This document shows positions 33,181 through 45,182 of a stretch of 64,000 nt of DNA, piece after piece. Numbering within the stretch: the stretch's first letter is position 1; each line of letters opens with the position of its first letter. The DNA comes from Diplonema japonicum. Its lineage: Eukaryota > Protista > Euglenozoa: Diplonemea. The stretch lies in contig OZ025709.1 of assembly GCA_964019335.1 (NCBI GenBank), positions 434,001 to 498,000 on the forward strand, given 5' to 3'. The notes beneath the pieces are model-generated. The model was not told where the DNA came from. It did no database searches and saw only the letters and a program-made list of their open reading frames with translations. Made by a program: the position numbers and the translations under genes.

Positions 33181-34030
33181 GAGGCGCACTGCCAAGGCTA
33201 CAAAGGCAGCAAACAAGACAGACAGGTAGGATGCTGCTTGCACGACGCATTTGGGTCAACATTCTCTGATGACCAAGCCGTCTTTTTCCGTTTCTTCTCC
33301 CCTTCTCTTTGTTATGTTATTTTCATTATTCTTTCTGGCGATAGACTGATACGGGCCATGGAAGCAACCTCTGCTTAATTCCTGGTACGTGGGAGGCTCC
33401 TCTTGAGGATGTCAGTCACCTTTTCCCTTTTTTACTCGACTCTCTGTTTTCGTATGCAGTATTTATTCTTTCCCACCCCCTTTTTATCTATTTCTTCGCT
33501 TCTTCATCCTAACTTAAAACCATTTCAGTTGCCCTTTGCTCACCCCCCTTTCTTAGTTTTATTTTTGCCATTTTTAAGGCTCTTGCAACAGAAACATAAG
33601 TTTTCCAGCAGACAGAGGGGACAGTGTGTAGGTACCCCAGAAAAGTGCCCCCCAAAAAAAAAGAAATGTCCAGAAGATATAATGTCCAGAAGAAAAAAAT
33701 CACCGGATGTTTCAGCGGTCTGGGCATTATATCTTACGGTGATTTTTTGTTTAGTGGAATGAACACAGATCTTCTAAATCTGGGAATTGAGGAACAATGT
33801 CCAGAAGGAAAACCATCAAGGACATTTTTCCTTCTGGTGATTTTCGTATTACAGTATTTGAAGGAAAAAAAAAAAAAAGAAAAAAAAAAAAAAAAAAAAA
33901 AACCTCTTGTAATCAATATCTTTGTCTTGCACTTTTTAGTATTTTATGTGGCTTTTTTTGTAAGTCTTCCAAAACCCAATCCTTGGGAAAGGGAACAAAA
34001 AAAAAAGGAAAAAGAAAAGGAAAAATGCAC

Positions 34031-35128
34031 ATGGTTGGGACAGTGGCCCTTGCCCTGTTCCTCTTCGAGGCTGTGCAAGGGTGTGTGAACGATGCTGATT
34101 GCTGGATGAACGGGATGTGCAAGGGCGAGGTTTGCCAATGCACAGCAGGGTGGACAGGTGAGAACTGCACCCTGTTGAATCTCAAGCCGGCACCAGTGGT
34201 GGGGGCATATGGGTATGCACCGAACGTGACCAGCTGGGGAGGGCTCCCAACAAGGATTGACGGTAAATGGCATATTCACGTGGCAGAAATGATCAACGGG
34301 TGCGGCCTTGCTGCTTGGAAGAAAAACAGCAGGATAGTCCATGCTGTGAGTGAGAACATGACAGGGCCTTACACACGGGAGGATGTTGCCATCCGCGACT
34401 GGGCGCACAACCCACAGCTGGCTGTCGATAACCACACGGGCACCCCAACGTACCTCCTTTTCCACATCGGCGATGGTACTCCGAACTTTCCTGAAGAATG
34501 TGGTGAGGAAACCCCTGAACCGCCTGTTCCGAGGAAGACTTCGAAGATTCTTCACACTGCAGATTCGCCGTACGGCCCGTGGGAGCCGTTTGAAGGCCTC
34601 CCACACATCAACAACCCGTCGCCGTTTCTTTTCCGAAATGGAACCATTGTGCTGACGGGTACAGAGTGGAAGATATGGAGGGCGGACAGCTGGAAGGGGC
34701 CGTGGAAGGCGAAGGATATCATTTGGGAAGGGAATGGTGGACAGGGCCGCTGGGAGGACCCCTTCATCTTCTACGAGCCGGTCATGCGCGTTTGGAAAAT
34801 GATCGCACACGTGTGGCCCAACTATTCTCCAGATGAACCAGCATGCGATTACAACTACTCTCTCCGTGTTGCGGGGTTTGCTTACTCTCTTGATGGGGTG
34901 ACTTGGGTGAAGTCTCCCATCCCTCCGTTCACCAACTCCGTCCCCCACACAGACGGGTCCGTCTCTCAGATGTCTACACGTGAGCGCCCAAAGCTGATTT
35001 TCGCCGTGGATGGTCATACTCCCATCGGGCTTGCTAATGGGGTGTCTTCACTCCCTGAGCCGTGGGGGTGCAAAACTAAAGCGGGAGTGGACTGGACGTA
35101 CACACTTGTTGCCCCTATTGGGGAGTGA
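34031..35128 (+). CDS. Secreted EGF-domain + GH43-like five-bladed beta-propeller glycoside hydrolase
   Basis: Signal peptide MVGTVALALFLFEAVQG; EGF CWMNGMCKGEVCQCTAGWTGENC; SWGG, NSRIVHAVS..GPY, AHNPQ, WEDPFIF, RERPKL. Confidence 0.8.
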   Translation: MVGTVALALFLFEAVQGCVNDADCWMNGMCKGEVCQCTAGWTGENCTLLNLKPAPVVGAYGYAPNVTSWGGLPTRIDGKWHIHVAEMINGCGLAAWKKNSRIVHAVSENMTGPYTREDVAIRDWAHNPQLAVDNHTGTPTYLLFHIGDGTPNFPEECGEETPEPPVPRKTSKILHTADSPYGPWEPFEGLPHINNPSPFLFRNGTIVLTGTEWKIWRADSWKGPWKAKDIIWEGNGGQGRWEDPFIFYEPVMRVWKMIAHVWPNYSPDEPACDYNYSLRVAGFAYSLDGVTWVKSPIPPFTNSVPHTDGSVSQMSTRERPKLIFAVDGHTPIGLANGVSSLPEPWGCKTKAGVDWTYTLVAPIGE

Positions 35129-36692
35129 CAGCATGATAAGACACAAGGAGGTATTTTTATCTTTCTCGTAATGTAAATCTTTGTCTACTCTTACTTTTCC
35201 CTTATTCTTCCAAACATGTCTCCCGCGTTTGTGGCATTCCCCCTCCCCCCTTTTTTTTTCACTACAAATTTTAGTTTTCTTTATTTTGTTTCGTAGAATA
35301 AATGGTTTTATTCGAAAGCCTCGAAAAATGATAAAAAAAAATAAAGTGCTACGAAAGACGGGGGAAAAAGATAATGGGAGATGGAACCACTGGCCTTCTC
35401 CTCTCGTAATCTCTTTGTACCCTTTCAAACAAAAAAAAAGGGAAAAAAAAAAGGAAGAAATAATAAAAAAAAAAGAATAATAAAGCCATTATTTAACACA
35501 AAACGCAAGAAACAAAGTGAAATCGTTGGCCTTTTAAATTGTCACGACGGCCAGAGCTTGAGAAGGAGGTTACAGTTGTTTCAAGGAAAAGGAGAAAAAA
35601 AAGAACAGAAAAGGGTGTAGTCTATCACCCCCCTCTTTTTCGCCCTGATGAACTGGACTTTCGTTATTGAACCCCCCCCCCCCCCCCCCCCACCCACCCC
35701 ACCAGCTGATAAAAATGCAGACATGCACAACGAAAGAACCATGCTCTATTTGTGTGGCCTCAAAATTGTAGCTTTGAACAGCAGCGGAAGGGAAACAAGA
35801 AAAGAAGAGGAAAAAAGAGAAAAAGGTGAGCTGCTCACTTTCCCCCCCCTTTCTCTTTCTTTTTTTCTGCCTCCCCCGGATGTGTTCCTTCCTTTTGTAA
35901 ATAATAAAACCGTGTGAAGGAATTGGAACCAATATTTTAGTGGCAACAACGGAGAACGAGGAAGAACATAGAAGGTAAAAGGAACAGAGTACAGTATCCT
36001 TAAAGCTAAAGTTAAAAAACTGATCTTCTTCTTCTTCTTTCTTCTTCTTTTTTTCACTTCCTTATGAAGCATTTCTTGTGTCTGTGGTTTGCCTTAGAAA
36101 CAAGTACACATGAGTAGTACATCCTGTAGTGGCATGGAAGGAGCAGGAACACAGGAAGTGTCGATGGGGGTGCTGGCACTGGACTTTGAGAACGTGACCG
36201 GGAAGGCCGAGCCGTGTAACACGCACTGCGATCTATGGGGGGACGAAGAGCAGTGATGTGATGGGGTTTGAGAACAATATTTGCATCGATGAAAAACAAA
36301 TAGGCTCGGCCTAGAAGAGTTGAAGAAGCAATGGGCAAAGGAAAGAAGGGGAAATGCAGCCAAGCCGGAGGCCGGCAAGACCGAAGAAAGAGAAACCGCT
36401 GTTGAAGGAGGATACAAGTAGTGGAAGAACAAGGGGCATCTCACAATGACCTCCTTTATCTCACATACATTTATAATCACTTACTTCTAAAAAAGAAAAA
36501 AGAAAGAAAAATAAAAGAAAGGAGAACAAGAAAGAAGAAAGTCTAATCCTTTTCTTTGTCCTTTCTTCAGCCGTCTTCCTCCTCTTCGCTGCAGGCTTCA
36601 TTTCACTTCTGAAGCCTTCAAGACAAGCACACAGGGAAAATAAAAAACAATGTAAAAAGCGTGTGGGGGAAAAAGAACGAAAAGAAAAGAAC

Positions 36693-37090
36693 ATGAATGG
36701 AAAAGAAAAAGAGACCAGATGAAGGGATGAACTATGACAGTGTGTTCGTGAAGACGAGAGGCGGGGTTCACAATGTGAAAGTGTCGGGAAAGGAGACGGT
36801 GGGGAGCCTGTACAAGAAGGCGGGGTGTGCTGCTGGTTTACTCGAGGGCAAGTTCAAATTGGTTTTGTAGGGACAGAGGAAGTTCAGGAACTTGGGAAAC
36901 AAATATTTATTTTCCAAAGCCTCTTGTTAGTTCCGCGGTCCGGTGGGAAGGGACGAAACCGCATTGCAACGCAATCCCAAGCTGGCTTTGGCCGAACCTT
37001 GTGTACAGGTAGTGGGTAAGAGGACCCGCCGACAACAGGGATGATCACTAACAAATATTGATTCCATTGGTAATAGAGGTAATCACATAA
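36693..37090 (+). pseudogene. Deleted Ubl-LRR family copy carrying the same structured insert as the 23.5-kb copy
   Basis: MTVFVKTRGGVHNVKVSGKETVGSLYKKAGCAAGLLEGKFKLV; upstream DNA shared with 24690-24740; insert 36940-37057 is followed by the LRR remnant ttccattggt. Confidence 0.8.
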
Positions 37091-37475
37091 CGAATATCTA
37101 TTCCATTGGCACAGTTTTCTTCTTCTTTCGATTCTTTCCTTTGATACAAAGATTAGCTTCATACAATACGTTTTGGTTTGTTCCCTTTTACCCCTTTAGG
37201 CGATCCTGTCACATACTGCAGGTTCCCTCCAAAGACACCTTGAGTTTTTTTTTCTTCCCCTCCTTCCCCCGGGTAATAAGTGACTTTCAGTACTCTTTTT
37301 TAGTGAACTACCCCAATAAAAAGAAAAAGAAAAAGGGAAGAGAGTTTTTAATCTTTTTTTTTTTTGTGATCAACATTAGTAGTGTAATTCTCCCCTTCAC
37401 CAATTAGTGGTGTAATCACTTTCCTTTTGAACGAATTCAATGTTTTTTTTTTTTCTTCTTCTTTTTATTTAATTC

Positions 37476-38450
37476 TGAGCAGCTCTCTCAAAGAATTTAG
37501 GCCGGAAGATATAAATCAGGTTTCACTTTATTTCACGGGCGTGAAATAAAGTATCTGATTTTTTTCCTAATGTTTTTAAGCCAAACGTTGCTGGGCGTGA
37601 AAATCAGGTACTTTATTTCACGCCCACAGTCATTTCTAGCAAAATGGGAAGAAAACCGAAGGCGACCGGGAAGCAAGCCAAGAGCATCAGCCTCGAGAAA
37701 GAGGCCAAAGCTGTGATGGAAGACACGCTTCCAACGGCAAGCAAAATAGCCTACAAGAAGGAGCCAGCATGAACCGGTATGTAAAACGCTCGGCTCAAGC
37801 AAAGAGGTCTCAGGCCGCCTACTAGGGCTGGAACAAACACAGCAGCCTGCAACGCCCCCTTCAGCCCTGCCCCTTCGACACAGCCCACTTCTACAACAGT
37901 GCACAGAATCACGTCTGACATAAACGTCAACATCGATTCGCCGAATTGATCACCAAAACCCAGTACCGTAAAGACTCGCATTGCACCGCTACAAGCAGGC
38001 AGCAGTGAAGCCACACCTAAATTATTTTCGAGAGCAGCTCATCATTAAATAAAATGCAGTATTGAATAAAATCAGAGCATGATTTCACTTGTGGGGTCCC
38101 CTTTTTGACTCGTTTTTTTACTTCACTCGCTTCGCTCGTGAAGTAAAATCACGTCGTCAAAAAAAAAGACCCCATGTTAAATTTACGAGAACTAGTAACT
38201 TGAAATCCCCTTGTAGCTTGTAATACCCAACCTTTTTTGCAGCCTCTCAGTTTTGATTTCTTCTTGTAACCTGTGTAACCTCCTATTAAATAAAACAACA
38301 TATCAAATGAAAATAAGTGCATTATTTCACTTGTGGTGGCGGGTTTAACTCGAAATTATTACTACACTCGCTACGCTCGTGAAGTAAGATCCTCTCTCGT
38401 TAAACCCCCTGCCACCACGCGTGAAATAATGCAATCTTAATTTCATTTAA
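37476..38450 (+). mobile_element. Crypton-like (tyrosine recombinase) deletion derivative with long hairpins
   Basis: From ATG 37644: EAKAVMEDTLPTASKIAYKKE, fused out of frame to SMNRYVKRSAQAK (candidate catalytic Tyr region). Hairpins at 38080-38180 and 38305-38450 have CTCGCT(T/A)CGCTCG loops. Confidence 0.5.
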
Positions 38451-38456
38451 TATATA

Positions 38457-39895
38457 CTGTAAAACGAATAATGTCGGACGGAAAAACTCCCGGACACCAA
38501 AAAAACCCGGACATTTTTCCGTCCGGGAGTTTTTCTGGGAAGAAGTTTTTTTACTTAAGGGGGGGTAACAGCTCCCACCACGTTTGCCTGGAAGGGCTTT
38601 ATTCCTTGTGCAGAGCCAAAATGTTTACCCTGCGTGGCAGTTTGAATTTTTCTTCCCCTTTCAATGCACCAACAAACAGCACCCACGGGATCTTTAACTT
38701 CTCATAAACCCGCTTCTTTCGTCAAATTGACCAGTTCGACTACCCAAGGCACGTTGAGCAGCTGGCTTGTGAGGGGCCCAACTTTGGTGCTGACACCCCC
38801 GGCCAGCTCACCCCCGAGAGGTGGAGGAGATAAACTCCTTACACCGGGCCGAGAAGGCCAGTACAAACCCCTGAAAGCAGCTTGGCGGCCTCTGCCTCGG
38901 TCAGAAGACGGCAGCAACAGGTTCAACAGAGCCCCCAGTTTCTTCCAGACGGAAATACTGGACGTTGCTATTCACCCAGCAGACTTTGGTGGAGCACTGT
39001 CCTTTTCCACTGACTAGGCTGACAAAACTTTGCAGCAAGAAAGACAAAAGCAGCAAGCCACCTCCGGAAAGCCTGGAAACGAGAAGGACAACGAGAGGGC
39101 ACGCTGTTTCACCATGGAATTCAGGTCCATAATCGACACCCATAAAGTAAGGCCGGAATTGGTCTGGAATACAGGGTTAAAACTAAAACGAAAAGGGGTG
39201 CTAAGGTCGTAAAAGTCCGTGGCTTGGGGGACAAAACGGGCTATAACCGAACAGTTGGCTGTTCCTTGGCTGGATGGGTTGCAACTTAAATACAAAGGCA
39301 AAGCGGAAACGCAACCGGCAGGGATTATCCGTGCCCCGGTCAAGCACCTGCCCGTCGAATGGAGCCTAACGGCATCGCCCAATCATTGGGCTAATTATGA
39401 TACTCGGTATCTGGGTTACGGAGCTGTTTCTTCCTTTTTGCTATAAATCATTGATTCCCATGGTTTTGCCGAACGGGCCGATTCTGCTGCTTGTCGGCGA
39501 CCACAACTCTCACACGACCTATGCCTATGGGTTCGTAGAGTTGTTCGCAGGCGCAAACGTGCACATTGCTTTTGTCCCCCTGGGCTCACCTACATGGTTC
39601 AACCGATGGATATTAGGTTGAACGCAGCTGTAAAGCATCTATTAAGAAAGGTAGTAGGCCACACGAAGGCTCGACAAGCTGATTGCCTCAGGGGCAGCAA
39701 GGGAGGACAAAGATGCAGAAAGGGAACCCTGGGGGTTTCTTCGCGCGGTTGCCGTTTGCAGCCCAGGCCAGTATGTAGGTGGTAGTGGACCAGGCCCCCT
39801 GACGGCCTTACCTAAAAAAAACTCCTGGACGGAAAAATTCCCGGACGCCAAAAAAACTCGGACATTTTTCCGTCCGGGAGTTTTTCGTTTTACAG
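38457..39895 (+). mobile_element. pogo/Tigger-like DNA transposon relic (DDE_1), TA target duplication
   Basis: TA-CTGTAAAACGAA..TTCGTTTTACAG-TA; subterminal cggacggaaaa repeats; PILLLVGDHNSH..VHIAFVP..VQPMDIRLNAAVK. Confidence 0.85.
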
Positions 39896-39958
39896 TAGTT
39901 ATTTTTTATTTTTATTTTATTTATTTTTTAGGGCGCCGCCAACACCGGCCTCCTTTAA

Positions 39959-40011
<53 letters not shown>

Positions 40012-40013
<2 letters not shown>

Positions 40014-41600
40014 GTCGATTTCAAACCCCCCCCCCCCAAAATGAGGCCAATTGACACTTTCGTTGCATCTTTGGGCATGCCGCCCCCTTTAAAAAAAATT
40101 CTCCATATTTCCCGGCCCATATTAGGAAAGAACCCGGGTCAGAAATCGCTCAAGGGTGCTATTTTGACCTATGAAAAATTCAGTCTTAGGGTCAAAATCG
40201 GGTTTTAGTGGTTTTGGTAAAGTCAGAGATTATGCTTTCAATAGCAAGAAATAGCGAAACTCACTGCTAGAAGGTGGCTGAAATGATGTTGGAAGTGGAA
40301 ACCTTCATTTCCTAGTCTTCTGCGGCTGAGATGTGCTGCTGCTGAGTGGGCGACCTCGTTTCTTTTTCATACTATTAGGCCTTCTACCGCATTTTGGGGG
40401 GGTTTTAAGAGGCTCATTCGTAGGTGTACTTGGTGCTTTGGGCTTGTCATGGGGTGGCGAGTATTTTCGTAATTTGGTTACTATTCTTTCTCGTTTTTCA
40501 AGTCCGGGAAGGCTATCAGGAACGTCCTCATACTCATCACAAGATTCATAGACTGGGGGCCTTTTCTCTGCCCTGTCTGCATCGAGTTCTTTGATGATGT
40601 ACTTTAGTTCTTTCTAGCTCGTGGACGCACACGTAGCAAATACACCCTCCGGTGTGCTCCTGAGCTCATATGCACCTGTAAAATCCGGAAACTCAAGAAT
40701 TTTCTTTTTGTACGGGCCAAAGACATCAGTAACTACATGCACGGCACACTGTATCGTATTGGTGATGTTAGCTATTTGTTCCACAGTTTTAATTGTTGTG
40801 GAACGAGGCACCCAAAACCAAAAAACACGAGAGAGCACACCAAAGTGGCTGTCCCTGTTGTTTTTGCCGTGTTTCTCCCCCAGAAACCACAGGGAAAACG
40901 TCCGATCGGGATATACAAAACGAAGACCAAAAAGAACAAAGTAGCAAAATTCCTTTGCACGAAAGTGACGCCCACCGTCAGTCCAGAGTATCCACTCCAT
41001 TTTTTTCTTTATTTTTTTCTGTGCCCATGCTACTGTGGAACAAGACTTTTCCAACAGTAAGGCCAGCTGCCCTTATTTCATCATGTGTGATGTGGTCAAG
41101 CCTCATGCCTCTGACCAATTGGCGCCGTGTGGTGTCTTGTTGGCTACTAAATCAACCAGAAAATGATAGCAGAAGTGCCGCTAGAAGTTCCCCTTTACAC
41201 ACTACGCCACAAACTAGTGCAGCACAGTCGTTGCCACTGAGCTTCTCAAAAACCTCTGTGGCGAGTGTCCTGATCGCCGTGGTGTTCCCATTTACCCTTT
41301 CTCGGTCCGAATACCATTTTTTTTTACCCCTAGCTTCTCAACAGCAAGTTTAAAAGCATCCATTTTTGTCACCCCCTCTTTTACTGAATTTGTGCAAAGT
41401 GAAAAAACCCATTTTTGCCCCTAGGACTGAATTTTCTGGGTACCAGTAACACTCACTTTCCCATTTTCTGGGGTGTTTTCTTTCCTTACCTGGGCCGGGA
41501 AAGTTGTAGAATTTTTTTTCTTTGGGAAAAAGTACTTAGAGAAATATTGAAAGTGTCAATTGGCCTCATTTTGGGGGGGGGGTTTTTTTGAAACGATGCC
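40012..41600 (-). mobile_element. Sola-like DNA transposon relic with ~45-bp imperfect TIRs and ATAT duplication
   Basis: TIR core CCCCCCCCCAAAATGAGGCCAATTGACACTTT at both ends; transposase fragment WTDGGRHF..FLGEKHGKNNRDSHFG. Confidence 0.7.
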
Positions 41601-41954
41601 ATATAGACGATTTGAAAAAAAATCTTTTACGCAAAGGGCTTTCAATGCAATACGGCCCGGCCCTTTCTTGCCGGCGGGGTCCTGCGCGGAAAATATGAAA
41701 AATATAAACTAAATGCTGCCCTAACTTAACAAGAAAATGAAAAAATAAAAAAAAACGCCAGCCCAAATTTACCGAGATGAGAAACAACTGTACAACTATT
41801 GTGTCCTTACCAACTCGGTTGAGGGTTTTATACCTAAGGTACCGAGGAGGGTGAACGAGGGGCCGAAGGCCACACCACAGCAGAAAGGTTCGATCAAGAG
41901 ATAGATTGAGACTCTTCAGGCGTCCTGCCACATACCGCAGGTACCCTTAAATGT

Positions 41955-41992
<38 letters not shown>

Positions 41993-42361
41993 ACTTGTTT
42001 TTTGTACCCCCTCTCAGGCACTTCAGGAACGATATTTTTGACAATGTTGTGGGGGTGGGCCCTGCTGTGGGCACCCTCTCTCTAGAATTGGGACATCTGG
42101 AGGCATTTCCGGGGGCATATAGCCCCGGCGTTGCGCTAGAATAGCTTTTTTTGAAGTTTTGAAAATTTACCCCCTGGTGGGCAAAAATGGTCCGTTGGTA
42201 GATGGTTAAATAGAAAAAAAAAAAGAAAAAAAAAGGGGGAAAAAAGGAAAGAAATAAATATAAAGGTGCACAATTGCTCAAGCCGACGAAAGCACAAACG
42301 TCTCAACACAATAATATTTCAGGGGGAGAATCGAGGATCGAAGAAGAAAAAAAAAGGGAAA

Positions 42362-43050
42362 ATGAGCATCACAGTGTTTGTGAAGACGAAAGCTGGGGTG
42401 GCACAATGTGGAAGTGGCAGGGGCGGAGACAATTAGGATTCTGTACAAGAAGGCGGGGTGTGCTGCTGGTTTACTCGAAGGCAAGTTCAAATTGGTTTGG
42501 GAGGGAGAGGTCCTGGACAAGAACAGGGGTGAGGAAGTTCAGGAACTTGGGCTCATGGAGGGCAGCGTGGTCCATGTGGAGGCGAAGTTGAGAACCGTTC
42601 AGCTGGAGGAGCTTAAGAGCTCAGATGTGGTTTCGGAGCTTGAGGGGCTTGTGTCAGCTGACCCTGAGCTGGTTCTGGTGGTGGAGGTGGGGGACTCGCC
42701 AGCTGTCGAAGTCTTGTCCATGAGCAGCAGTGACCTTCCTTCTGGACTTCGGTTACTCGTTGTCACCGACCCCACAGGCCGAGTTGATAATGCTTTTCTT
42801 CAACATTGTGAACACCTGACGACTGCTGATCTCATCCTCTCCAATGCTTCTACCATTGGTGATAGTTTCTTGTCCAGGTGCGAAAACCTAGAAACCATCT
42901 ATTTGAATGCGATGACCCATATTTATTCCATTGGTGATAGCTTCTTGTGTAGGTAGAAACCATTGTGATGATACTCGTTCCGTTCTTGTCGAGGTGCGAA
43001 AAACTAGAAACTATCGACTTGAGTGCAATGACCAATCCTTATTGGGCCAA
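42362..43050 (+). pseudogene. Ubl-LRR family copy, frameshifted near the 5' end, LRRs truncated
   Basis: Highly similar to 23585-24634; extra base after MSITVFVKTKAGV; stop at 42956. Confidence 0.85.
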
Positions 43051-43216
43051 GATTTTTCCGAAGCCGTATAGGGGGATTTTTAACATGCCAAGTAGTGCCA
43101 AGATTTTTTTATTAAGGACACGACTAGGAACGCAGAAGAAGCTACTTCTCGGCCGGGGGGTGCCCCCTGTAATCAAGTAGATAGTTCGTGCTTCGTTGCA
43201 TGCTTAACACCATCTA

Positions 43217-43973
43217 AAAGGAAAAGGGCAGTGCCCCACCAAAGTCTACCAGGTCTGTCTTTCGGGCTGGATTGGCGCACAGCAGCCCTTCTGCATAGGT
43301 GCATATTTGTTGTGCTGGGATAGGCTCACCAAGCCCGTTTACCTATCGACTCAAGCAAAAATCTTTCAGCCCCCGAAGGATGCTAAATCCCGTGTTGGGC
43401 GATACGCTGCTATCACGGCGTCGCGGCGGCCAGGGTGTGGTAGGGTGGAATAGCAACGTCCAGTATTTCCGTCTGGAAGAAACCGGGGGCTCTGTTGAAC
43501 CTGTTGCTGCCGTCTTCTGACCGAGGCAGAGGCCGCCAAGCTGCTTTCGGGGGTTTGTACTGGCCCGGTGTAAGGAGTTTATCTCCTCCACCTCTCGGGG
43601 GTGAGCTGGCCGGGGGTGTCAGCACCAAAGTTGGGCCCCTCACAAGCCAGCTGCTCAACGTGCCTTGGGTAGTCGAACTGGTCAATCTGACGAAAGTAGT
43701 ACGGGTTTATGAGAAGTTAAAGATCCCGTGGGTGCTGTTTGTTGGTGCATTGAAAGGGGAAGAAAAATTCAAACTGCCACGCAGGGTGACATTTTGGCTC
43801 TGCACAAGGAATAAAGCCCTTCCAGGCAAACGTGGTGGGAGCTGCTACCCCCCTTAAGTAAAAAAAACTTCTTCCCAGAAAAACTCCCGGACGGAAAAAT
43901 GTCCGGGTTTTTTTTGGTGTCCGGGAGTTTTTCCGTCCGAGAATTTTTCCGTCCGACATTATTCGTTTTACAG
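43217..43973 (-). mobile_element. Inverted partial copy of the pogo-like element (left end)
   Basis: Reverse complement of ~38457-39005, ending ttcgttttacag-TA; carries ~200 bp absent from the first copy. Confidence 0.85.
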
Positions 43974-45182
43974 TATTTTTTTTTTTTTTGCATGGACATT
44001 GATATCATATTATTTCCCCCGTTCCCCTTCTTTCTCCCTTTCCTCCTCCCTCCTGGTTAATAAGTTATAGTTCTTATTGTTAAGTTCGGGAAAAACCCAA
44101 CTGTTTTTGACACAAGTCACAGCATGTATTTCCGGTCGCTGGAGAAGTGTTTGATTTACATACACATCTTAATGTGAATAGATAGCATACTGTGAACATC
44201 TTCTGTATTGGATGGTAGGGTTTTGCATGCTGTTGATAGTTCCAATTAATTTTGAATTGAAGTTATTCTATTCACTCTTCTGAAATTACTTTGCACTTGG
44301 GGGCTCTAAAATTCAGACCTATCCCACACGCGAAATGGTTCAATTCTGATGGTGATTCTACAAAACTTGATCAGTTCCAGAGCGAGGATTGCATCATAAG
44401 ACTTGACAAATTAAAACCTGAAGTCAGTCTGTGGCAGGCTATAGGTTACCCATCCCTTTCACGTGCCCATATTCTGAATCACGAGTGGCGGTGTAAAGAA
44501 CTCAGTTTTATAATGCATGAAGCTACTTTCTAAGGCTCTGGTACTCAAGGCGAATCCGATACTTGCCACCTGAAATTTGATTACTTTTTTATGTCCTTCA
44601 TATGAGGAGTCTGGTACAATGGACGGATTCCAGTCATTAAGGTAGTGAACTACACGGAACACATGTGAAGTTGACATGCCCTCATAGAAGAGCCCTTATC
44701 ACATCTTACTTGTGCAAATGTCTGACAATCCTTGAAGCTTGAACGTGATCCAAAGTTGCTTGCCAGAAAAGGTGTATCTACATCTCCAGAAGCACCTAAG
44801 TTTGACAATGATTGACAGATAGTTGCAGTGGGAAGAGACAGTGGCACTGTAAGGGACTACAATAGGCACCATCTACTAGACACGTTGTGCATAGAAAGTT
44901 ATACTTTACCTTTTAATTTTATGCATGGATGTTGGTGTCATCTATTATCCCCTTTCCCTTTTATCTTTCTCCTTCCCCTCCTTCCCAAAGTTTTACCCGC
45001 TGCGTCGGCTGGTGGGGAAATCAACACTCTCGTTTGACCTACCCGAACCTACTCGAAGAATCCCACCTCTGCCGACAAGTATGCAGCGACGCAGAATGGT
45101 AGCAACACAAGATAGAAAGCCCCATTTATTTGTTTCTGTTGTTTCATTCACACGCGCCACTATCACCACCCCATCAGGTCAG

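Larger units (their letters stand above)
39960..43216 (+). mobile_element. Helitron-like non-autonomous unit, copy 1 (cargo: Ubl-LRR pseudogene; nested Sola-like element)
   Basis: Near-identical to 57252-60466 (offset 17249). The 5' end merges into (TA)n; the 3' end has a CGTGC-ttcgtt-GCATG hairpin, 11 nt, then CTA(A). Confidence 0.6.

Noticed and set aside
33660-33856. Another pogo-like terminus (cgtattacag-TA)
   Set aside because: Solo end without a partner TIR; not annotated as an element.
33944-35017. Long antisense ORF (and similar ones opposite sacsin, Sec23 and the NLR-like gene)
   Set aside because: Shadow frames of GC-rich coding sequence with no motifs.
36065-36470. LINE C-terminal zinc-knuckle remnant
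   Set aside because: Too degraded to support a call.
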